Shown one piece after another: positions 56,974 to 64,000 of a stretch of DNA of 64,000 nucleotides (positions within the stretch are counted from its first letter, which is position 1; every line of letters begins with the position of its first letter). The position numbers and the translations under genes are program-made. This stretch comes from an uncultured SAR86 cluster bacterium (GTDB lineage Bacteria; Pseudomonadota; Gammaproteobacteria; Magnimaribacterales; AG-339-G14): the NCBI GenBank assembly GCA_902624765.1, contig CACNYO010000001.1, positions 29,907-93,906 of the forward strand, given 5' to 3'. The notes under the pieces are model-generated. The model had not been told where the DNA came from and did no database searches. It was given only the letters and a program-made list of their open reading frames with translations.

Positions 56974-58317
56974 ATGAAGCTAAAATTTTACATTCCTCTT
57001 TTAATTGTAGCGATTTTGAGTATATTTTTAATAATCACAATTGCTTACAAGGCAATTAATTACATCAATTATCAAACAAATGCTTTCAATGAACGGCTTC
57101 TCGCTATAGAGCATAACTTAAAGGTTATTAATCAAAAAACAAATGCAGCCATATTAAACATACAAAATCTTTCGTCTGAAAAGATTAAAAAAATTAACAT
57201 AAATTCCAGCCAGTTCGAATTTTTTGTTGACGAAAATACTTCCTTAAATGAATTTACTCTTATGAATGAGGAAAAATATCCAATAACTTTAAAAAATTTA
57301 GTTATTAATGATAGAGCGCTCCCATATAGTCAGAGTGATCTTGTTAAATTGATTCTTAAGGATAAATACATAAAAACAAAAGAGGACGAAGTTATAGAAT
57401 TGTTCAACTTTGTTAGAAATAAAGTTCAATGGGATTACCCTCTGAATTTAACTGAAGAGGTCAGCGAGCCATTAAAACTTTTGTATGTCTATGGTTATGG
57501 TCTTTGCGATGATAAAGCTTCAGCTCTTGTAAATCTTGCAGGAGAAATCGGAGTTCCTGGCAGATTAATTGAATTGGGTCCGCCTGGTTATCATGTAATA
57601 GCTGAGCTATTCTATGATGGCGAGTGGCATTTATTTGATCCAGATGGCGGTGCTTATTATCAGAAAAATGGAAAAGTATTAAGTTTGAACGCAATTAAAG
57701 AAGATCTATCTGTTTTAGATCGCTTTGATGGCAACGACCTAATCTATGAAAATCGTTATTCAAAAAAACTTATTAAAGGCCAGATTGAGGCTGAAGAAAA
57801 TATATTGGATATTACTGATCAGTTCCGCTTCCCAAGTGAGCATAATTTGAAAATAGAGCTTAAACCTGGAATGAGCCTATCAATTAATAAAAACTTAAAT
57901 CCAAACCTGGCTTCAAGAGGATATCGTAATCGCTTACCTCAAGAAGCTTATCTTGCAAAATGGTCTCAAGAAATATTTGTTGATAAAAAAAATGATGATT
58001 TAATATTAGAAAGTTCATTTCCATATTTGTATTTTGAGGCAAATCTAAAAGGCAGGAGAATTGTTTACTCAATTAACGACGAATTACCTATAGTTCACAA
58101 TGTCAACTCGGGCAAAGTAAAACTACTTTTCGATGAAAAACCAGTATATAAGTTAAAAATATATACAAAAAGATCTTCTAGTATTTTAAGTTATGACTTA
58201 TACAGTCAAATTAATTCTAGATTATTTCCATCACTAGAGAGAGGAAAAAACATCATTAAATTTGATGATGTGAATCAACCGATAAACCTTAGTTTGATTT
58301 TAAGTAATAAACTTTAG
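56974..58317 (+). CDS. membrane-anchored transglutaminase-like (papain-fold Cys-His-Asp) protein
   Basis: Single N-terminal TM (IPLLIVAILSIFLIITIAY). Core YGYGLC178DDKAS…GYH207VIAELF…WHLFD222PD has the residue order and spacing of transglutaminase-like cores. Confidence 0.55.
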   Translation: MKLKFYIPLLIVAILSIFLIITIAYKAINYINYQTNAFNERLLAIEHNLKVINQKTNAAILNIQNLSSEKIKKININSSQFEFFVDENTSLNEFTLMNEEKYPITLKNLVINDRALPYSQSDLVKLILKDKYIKTKEDEVIELFNFVRNKVQWDYPLNLTEEVSEPLKLLYVYGYGLCDDKASALVNLAGEIGVPGRLIELGPPGYHVIAELFYDGEWHLFDPDGGAYYQKNGKVLSLNAIKEDLSVLDRFDGNDLIYENRYSKKLIKGQIEAEENILDITDQFRFPSEHNLKIELKPGMSLSINKNLNPNLASRGYRNRLPQEAYLAKWSQEIFVDKKNDDLILESSFPYLYFEANLKGRRIVYSINDELPIVHNVNSGKVKLLFDEKPVYKLKIYTKRSSSILSYDLYSQINSRLFPSLERGKNIIKFDDVNQPINLSLILSNKL

Positions 58318-58408
58318 GGATTTAGATGACTTGAGTCCTCGTTAAAGCCTTTGAGACAATGATTTTAGAGATGATTTTGACAACGTATTTTTGAACTGAA
58401 ATAAAGTT

Positions 58409-59485
58409 ATGAATAGTCTTAAAGATGAAATTAAGTTTCCATGCGGCCTATCTATGAAAAATAGATTTATGCTTGCTCCATTAACTAATACTCAAAGTCA
58501 TGAAGATGGGGTTCTTTCTGACGATGAGTTTAATTGGTTAACCATGAGAGCCAAAGGTGGTTTTGGACTCACTATGTCTTGTGCTTCGCATGTTCAGGCA
58601 ATTGGTAAAGGTTTTCCTGGTCAATTAGGAATTTTTGGTGATGAACATATAGAAGGATTAAAAAGACTAACCGATGAAATTAAGTCTCAACAAAGTTTAG
58701 CCGTTGCCCAATTACACCACGCTGGAATGAGATCGCCCGAGGATATTATTGGAGAGCAACCTGTCTGTCCTTCAGATGATGAGGAGACTAACTCAAGAGC
58801 ATTGACTCTTGATGAGGTTAAAAGATTGAGAGATAACTTTATTGAGGCTGGAGTAAGAGCAAAAAAGGCAGGATATGAAGGAGCAGAAATTCATGGGGCC
58901 CATGGTTATATTTTGTGTCAATTTTTAAGTTCTGATATTAATAGGAGAGACGACGAATACGGAGGAACTTTAGAAAACAGATCCAGAATCATTTTTGAGA
59001 TAGTTGACGGTATTAGAAATGAATGCGGTTCTGAGTTTCTATTGGGAGTTAGATTATCTGCAGAAAGATTTGGGATTAAATTGGGAGAAACAAAAGAAGT
59101 ATGTAAGAAACTTATAGACACCAACAAAATAGATTTCTTAGATATGTCACTTTGGGACTCTTTTAAGGAACCGGTAGAAGAAGAGCACAAGGGTAAGAAC
59201 CTGTTAGAACATTTTACAGAGCTTGATTTCAAAGATGTTCAGTTAACGGTAGCAGGCAACATAAGAACAGGTGAAAACGTTCATGAAATTCTAAATAATA
59301 AAGTAGATTTTGTAACTGTAGGGAGAGCGGCTATTCTCCATCATGATTTTCCTCTCAAAGTTATAGAAAACTCAGACTTTGAACCCATAGAGCTTCCAGC
59401 TCCAAGATCTCACTTAATTAAAGAAGGGCTGAGCGATAAATTCATAGAATATATGGGAGCTTGGCCTGGTTTTGTGGGTGAATAA
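58409..59485 (+). CDS. NADH:flavin oxidoreductase (Old Yellow Enzyme family)
   Basis: APLTN…, QLHHAGM and HGAHGYILCQFLS motifs. Confidence 0.85.
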   Translation: MNSLKDEIKFPCGLSMKNRFMLAPLTNTQSHEDGVLSDDEFNWLTMRAKGGFGLTMSCASHVQAIGKGFPGQLGIFGDEHIEGLKRLTDEIKSQQSLAVAQLHHAGMRSPEDIIGEQPVCPSDDEETNSRALTLDEVKRLRDNFIEAGVRAKKAGYEGAEIHGAHGYILCQFLSSDINRRDDEYGGTLENRSRIIFEIVDGIRNECGSEFLLGVRLSAERFGIKLGETKEVCKKLIDTNKIDFLDMSLWDSFKEPVEEEHKGKNLLEHFTELDFKDVQLTVAGNIRTGENVHEILNNKVDFVTVGRAAILHHDFPLKVIENSDFEPIELPAPRSHLIKEGLSDKFIEYMGAWPGFVGE

Positions 59486-59495
59486 AGAAGTTGAA

Positions 59496-60257
59496 TTAAC
59501 TTTTAAAATCTTCTGAATTTTTGAGCATGTGAGCAGGACCATGATTGAGATAAATGGCTGCATTTTCACCGAATAACATTTCTTTCTGATAGCCAAAGTT
59601 TTTTCTATTGGTTGCCAGCGGTGCCAACTCTTCAGCTTTCTTTAAGGCCAATTCAGGCAACTCTTCAAACGAGCTTGTTGCTTGAATAATCCCAGCATTA
59701 AGCGCATCAGACCCAGTCCATCTTTTTGACAATTGAACTGTTTCATAGAAGGCATTTGCTGGGATTTTATGCTTGAATAAAGATAGCTCAGGTCTAGGAA
59801 TAGATAAGCCTAGTTGCATTTCATTAGCGCATAAAAATCCTCTATCTTCTCTCATAATCCTTACATCGTGGGTCAGAGCAAGCATAAATCCGGCTCCAAA
59901 AGCATGACCGTTAATCGCACAAACTGTAGGTATTGGCAACGTTATAAAACGGCCCATCAGATGCATAAATTCTTTTCCAAAAACATCTCTGTCGCCTCCA
60001 TTAGGATTAGTTTTAGGATCTTGTATCCAATCAAGATCTAAACCATTTGAAAAGAACTTAGGATTCTCGGATGAGGTGATTAATGCTCCAGGACCTTCAT
60101 CTTTTTCAATTTCATCAAGGGCTTTGGATATTTCCCTTACAAAAGTGGTGTTCCAACGATTTTCATCGGCAGCTAGGTTTAAAAAATAGATTGATTCTTT
60201 TTTCTCTATATTTATCACAATTTTTTTAATCAATTTACTGTTTGAAACACTATACAT
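59496..60257 (-). CDS. enoyl-CoA hydratase/isomerase-family protein
   Basis: FFSNGLDL and AINGHAFGAGFMLALTHDVRIM oxyanion-hole blocks. Confidence 0.8.
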   Translation of the reverse strand: MYSVSNSKLIKKIVINIEKKESIYFLNLAADENRWNTTFVREISKALDEIEKDEGPGALITSSENPKFFSNGLDLDWIQDPKTNPNGGDRDVFGKEFMHLMGRFITLPIPTVCAINGHAFGAGFMLALTHDVRIMREDRGFLCANEMQLGLSIPRPELSLFKHKIPANAFYETVQLSKRWTGSDALNAGIIQATSSFEELPELALKKAEELAPLATNRKNFGYQKEMLFGENAAIYLNHGPAHMLKNSEDFKS

Positions 60258-60333
60258 AAAAAACGATATAAATTAGATACAAACTTTCATTAGATGCTTT
60301 AATATCTCGCCCTAAGGAAATATAGGAGAAGAA

Positions 60334-60876
60334 ATGAGTGATCCATTAAATTTAAAAAAACACATTAGAGAGGTTAAAGATTTTCCAATCGAAGGGATTA
60401 ATTTTAGAGACATAACAAGCCTAATTGAAAATCCTGAAGCTTTTCAAACTACCTGCAAGGAATTAATAGAAGTTTCTAAAAATTTTAATGCTTCGGTCAT
60501 CGCAAGCATTGAGAGTAGAGGTTTTATTTTCGCAGGCTCAATCTCTTTTGAGCTCGGTATTCCTTTTGTTCTAGCGAGAAAACCTGGCAAACTTCCTAAC
60601 GCAACATTCAAAAAAGACTTTGATTTAGAATACGGGAGCACTTCTATTGAGATTCAAAAAAATACAACCTTTAAAAGTTCTGACAGAGTCGTCATTGTTG
60701 ACGATTTAGTTGCTACGGGGGGGACCGCGATTGCTTGTGCAGAATTATTGACTGAAAACTTTAAAATTCAGAAATCAAATATTCTTATTTTAGGAGTAAT
60801 AGATTTACCAGAATTAGGAGGTAGCGATCTAATTGCCAAAGAAGGATACAATATTCAAACTCTTATATCTTATTAG
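60334..60876 (+). CDS. apt: adenine phosphoribosyltransferase
   Basis: FPIEGINFRDIT, SRGFIFAG, and the PRPP loop VVIVDDLVATGGT. Confidence 0.9.
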   Translation: MSDPLNLKKHIREVKDFPIEGINFRDITSLIENPEAFQTTCKELIEVSKNFNASVIASIESRGFIFAGSISFELGIPFVLARKPGKLPNATFKKDFDLEYGSTSIEIQKNTTFKSSDRVVIVDDLVATGGTAIACAELLTENFKIQKSNILILGVIDLPELGGSDLIAKEGYNIQTLISY

Positions 60877-60929
60877 TTGAGATAAAAAAAATACCTGATA
60901 ATGTTTAATAATCTAAAAAGGAGAGATCA

Positions 60930-61388
60930 ATGAAAATCTTTTTATCAATACTATTAGTTTTTTCAATCCATATTTTTTCAGATGATCAAAAAAAGCTTGA
61001 TCCAATTATATTCATGCTGGATTTGTCAATTAATGATGGAAAAATAAAAAAGGCAGAAAAATTTACATACGATATTACAAAAAATGTCATGAAAATGGAG
61101 CCCGATACGGTAATTTATCAATACTATTTTGACTCAGAAGAAAAAGTCTTCCTATATGAAGTTTATAAAAGTAATGAAGCTGCCATAAAACACGTCAAAA
61201 ATTTTCGTGGTAGTAAATGGGAAAGTAAATTTGGAGAGTTATTTTCTATCGAAAATTTTGCTGTTCTAGGTGAAGCATCCAAAGACTTGAAGAAGTCTCT
61301 AGAGGGTTATACAACCGATTTTAGGTATTTAAAAGGAGGATTTCATAAGCCTGCGAAAAAGTTATCTAAAGAAATTATGAAACTTTGA
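60930..61388 (+). CDS. secreted hypothetical protein, possibly with an ABM-like (dimeric alpha/beta barrel) fold
   Basis: Signal peptide (…IHIFS|DD). The pattern YQYYFDSEEKVFLYEVYKSNEAAIKHV resembles ABM-domain proteins. GGAGAG SD. Confidence 0.4.
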   Translation: MKIFLSILLVFSIHIFSDDQKKLDPIIFMLDLSINDGKIKKAEKFTYDITKNVMKMEPDTVIYQYYFDSEEKVFLYEVYKSNEAAIKHVKNFRGSKWESKFGELFSIENFAVLGEASKDLKKSLEGYTTDFRYLKGGFHKPAKKLSKEIMKL

Positions 61389-61414
61389 ATTATTCTCTTA
61401 AACAATAATTTTTT

Positions 61415-61759
61415 ATGGCAATCGAAAACACAAGGAAATATTCCACCTATTCTGATTTCTTCCCTTTTTACTTAAGCGAACACAGCAAAAAGAGCACTCG
61501 TCTATTGCATTATTCGGGAACCATTGGATATCAAGTCTTATTTTGGTCTCTTATCTTTAGTCAGAACTACTTATTCCTTCCTTTAATTTTGCTGGCAGGC
61601 TACGGGCCTGCATGGATAGGTCATTTTTTTTATGAAAAAAATAAGCCAGCAACCTTTACTTATCCTCTCTGGTCGCTGATAGGCGATCATCATATGGTTT
61701 TCTTATTGCTCACAGGCAGACTGAAAAAAGAACTAAAAAATGCTGGAGTAAAAGTTTAA
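61415..61759 (+). CDS. DUF962 (Mpo1-like) membrane protein
   Basis: FFPFYLSEHS…TRLLH…GHFFYEKNKPATF…PLWSL.GD pattern, with 2-3 TM segments. Confidence 0.65.
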   Translation: MAIENTRKYSTYSDFFPFYLSEHSKKSTRLLHYSGTIGYQVLFWSLIFSQNYLFLPLILLAGYGPAWIGHFFYEKNKPATFTYPLWSLIGDHHMVFLLLTGRLKKELKNAGVKV

Positions 61760-61777
61760 TAATTCATTTTAATTTCT

Positions 61778-63370
61778 ATGCATCAATCCGATAAAGACTG
61801 GTGGAAAAACGCAGTAATTTATCAGATATATCCAAGATCTTTTCTTGATTCAAATAAAGATGGGATAGGGGATATTAAAGGGATAATCTCAAAAATAGAC
61901 TATTTGAAATCTCTTCAAGTTGACGCTATTTGGCTTTCTCCAATTTTTAAATCGCCTATGAATGATATGGGCTACGACGTGTCTGATTATTTTGATATCG
62001 ATCCATTGTTTGGAAACATGGATGACTTTGAAGAATTAATCAATATTTGTCATAAAAATGGATTGAAATTAATTATAGATCAGGTTTATTCGCATACTTC
62101 AGACGAGCATCCATTTTTCAAACAAAGTAAAAAGGACAAAGAAAATGATAGGGCCGATTGGTACGTTTGGGCTGATCCAAAAGAAGACGGCGGTCCACCA
62201 AATAATTGGCTATCTGTCTTCGGTGGATCAGCTTGGGAGTGGTCATCTAAAAGAAGACAGTATTATCTACATAATTTTTTGAAGTCTCAGCCAGATTTAA
62301 ATTTTCACAACATTGATGTACAAAATTGGGTTTTATCCATAGCTGATTTCTGGTTAAAAAAAGGTGTGGATGGCTTCAGGCTAGACGTGGCAAACTATTA
62401 TTTTCACGATCCTAAATTAAGAGATAATCCCTCAAGAAAAAATATAAAAATCCCTTTTGTAAATCCATACGGAATGCAAGATCATACATATTCTATAAAT
62501 CAAAAAGAAAATTTTAGTTTTTTGAAAAAGCTGCGAAAAGTTTCAGAGAAATACAAAAACTCAATTCTTTTAGGCGAGATAGATAATAAAGATCTACAAA
62601 TTAAATATACCGAAGGTGATGATAAGCTCCATTTGGCCTATAGCTTTGAGTTACTCAGAAAAGAATTATCCACTGATACTATACAAAACAGTATTGATTA
62701 CTTTTATTCATCAACTAAAGACGGATGGCCCTGTTGGAGTTTTTCAAACCACGATGTAAAGAGACATATTTCTAGGTGGTCTAGAGATAAAACTAATCTT
62801 GATGATCTTGCAAAGATATCTTGTGCTTTACTTCTATCCTTAAAGGGTACAGTTTGTATATATCAGGGGGAAGAGTTAGGACAAACGGAGACTAAACTAG
62901 AATTTGAGGAACTCACTGATCCTCCTGGAATAGAATTCTGGCCAGAAGAAGCAGGTCGCGATGGATGCAGAACACCTATGGTTTGGAACTCGCAAAAATT
63001 AAATGCTGGTTTTTCAGAGGTTAAACCTTGGTTGCCTATAAAAAAAGAGCAAAAACAAAAATCTGTCGACCTTCAAGAAGATACAAATGATTCTGTCCTA
63101 AGCTTTTATAAAGAGATGATTAAGGCTAGAAAAAAACACTTTAGGAGGCAAACTTACGATTTCGACTTCATCCCATCAAATGATCTTCTTATTTTTTCTA
63201 AAGGAAGTTCTGAAAAAATTATTTGTATTTTTAACTTGGATAATGAAATTAAAACAATTGAAAAAAATGATTATCAGTACAATTCAGCTTTTCCATCTAA
63301 TAAATTATCCACAGAGAATGATCATTATGTATTTCAGGCATACGGATTTGGCTTTTTCAATTTAAGATAA
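61778..63370 (+). CDS. GH13 alpha-glucosidase / oligo-1,6-glucosidase-type enzyme
   Basis: WWKNAVIYQIYPRSF.DSN.DGIGD, DQVYSHTS, GFRLDVANY, GEI and FSNHD conserved regions. Confidence 0.85.
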   Translation: MHQSDKDWWKNAVIYQIYPRSFLDSNKDGIGDIKGIISKIDYLKSLQVDAIWLSPIFKSPMNDMGYDVSDYFDIDPLFGNMDDFEELINICHKNGLKLIIDQVYSHTSDEHPFFKQSKKDKENDRADWYVWADPKEDGGPPNNWLSVFGGSAWEWSSKRRQYYLHNFLKSQPDLNFHNIDVQNWVLSIADFWLKKGVDGFRLDVANYYFHDPKLRDNPSRKNIKIPFVNPYGMQDHTYSINQKENFSFLKKLRKVSEKYKNSILLGEIDNKDLQIKYTEGDDKLHLAYSFELLRKELSTDTIQNSIDYFYSSTKDGWPCWSFSNHDVKRHISRWSRDKTNLDDLAKISCALLLSLKGTVCIYQGEELGQTETKLEFEELTDPPGIEFWPEEAGRDGCRTPMVWNSQKLNAGFSEVKPWLPIKKEQKQKSVDLQEDTNDSVLSFYKEMIKARKKHFRRQTYDFDFIPSNDLLIFSKGSSEKIICIFNLDNEIKTIEKNDYQYNSAFPSNKLSTENDHYVFQAYGFGFFNLR

Positions 63371-63374
63371 ACCA

Positions 63375-64000
63375 ATGAATGATGTTCAAGAAATAATTTT
63401 TTGGGGAGCTGGAACTGCCAGGACTTTTCGCCCCATATGGATGGCAGAAGAATTAGGATTAAGTTATAGGTTGAATCCTATAGGCCCAAGAACGGGTGAA
63501 ACTCAAACAAAAGAATTTACCAGCTTAAATAGAAAACAAAAAATTCCCTTAATGCAAATAGGGGATTTTTACTTATCGGAGAGTCTAGCAATATGTAAAT
63601 ATTTGCAAAGAGCATTCCCATCAAAAAGACTATTTATTCCAACTTCAGATATAGCACTAGCTAAAGAAGAAGAATGGTGTTGCTTCATTTTAAGTGAGAT
63701 TGATGAGACATCACTATATGTCATGAGACGACATTATGATCTAAAAGAAATTTATGGTGAATCAAAGACAGTAACAAATGCATGTAGAGACTACTTAAAA
63801 AGACAATTTGAGGTCATTGAAGAATACTTAGAAGACAAAAATTTCATTATGAAAGAAGGCTTTGGAATTTGTGATATTTTCTTAATTTCATGTTTAGATT
63901 GGGCTATATTTTATGAGTTTGAATTGACTAGAAATATGACTCAATACAGAGACGATATTATTAATAGGCCAGCATACAAAAAAGCTATGGATATAAACTA
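63375..64000 (+). CDS. glutathione S-transferase (3' end truncated by the window edge)
   Basis: Thioredoxin-like N-domain with KIPLMQIGDFYLSESLAICKYL, followed by a helical C-domain. The frame stays open to the window end. Confidence 0.7.
   Translation, partial: MNDVQEIIFWGAGTARTFRPIWMAEELGLSYRLNPIGPRTGETQTKEFTSLNRKQKIPLMQIGDFYLSESLAICKYLQRAFPSKRLFIPTSDIALAKEEEWCCFILSEIDETSLYVMRRHYDLKEIYGESKTVTNACRDYLKRQFEVIEEYLEDKNFIMKEGFGICDIFLISCLDWAIFYEFELTRNMTQYRDDIINRPAYKKAMDIN

Overview
This is a very AT-rich, tightly packed 64-kb window. I support about 65 CDS and one tRNA. Most intergenic gaps are under 150 nt, and many genes overlap at ATGA or TAATG start/stop junctions. The blocks thrS-infC-rpmI-rplT-pheS-pheT-ihfA-merR-tRNA-Pro and guaBA suggest a streamlined marine gammaproteobacterium. 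That is an inference from gene order and composition only. Layout: (i) 1-20.7 kb is a Wzy/Wzz-type surface-polysaccharide locus. It holds three tandem SDR enzymes, a methyltransferase, wzz, a wzy-like gene, an AsnB-like amidotransferase, a bi-domain oxidoreductase, a heparinase II/III-like gene, wecB, wecC, ugd, galU, a WbuB-like GT, an SDR, a CapD-like dehydratase and a PglC-like initiating transferase. (ii) 20.8-32.5 kb is housekeeping: rnd-like, a thiolase/DUF35 pair, djlA, pdxH, and the thrS to ihfA block. (iii) 32.6-36.0 kb is an orphan pair: a G/S-linker lipoprotein and a 1045-aa Cys-rich acidic secreted protein of unknown function. It is richer in G+C than its surroundings and ends just before tRNA-Pro(GGG). 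(iv) 36-50 kb is mixed metabolism: photolyase, acyl-CoA dehydrogenase, PAP2, a WecA-like transferase with a large loop insertion, fumC, phhB, an MFS transporter and guaBA. (v) 50.05-58.3 kb is a second, extremely AT-rich glycan locus that starts 2 nt after guaA. It encodes HisH/HisF-like proteins, a PP-loop sugar amidotransferase, a 2-epimerase, two or three divergent glycosyltransferase-like ORFs and a membrane-anchored transglutaminase-like protein. (vi) 58.4-64 kb is metabolism: OYE, an enoyl-CoA hydratase, apt, a GH13 alpha-glucosidase and a partial GST. I saw no rRNA, CRISPR array, IS element, integrase, prophage gene or recognisable defence system. The best candidates for something undescribed are the lipoprotein plus giant secreted protein pair (32579-35970) and the uncharacterised tail of the second glycan locus (53438-58317). 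Both are hypotheses from sequence reading only. No database search or computation was possible.
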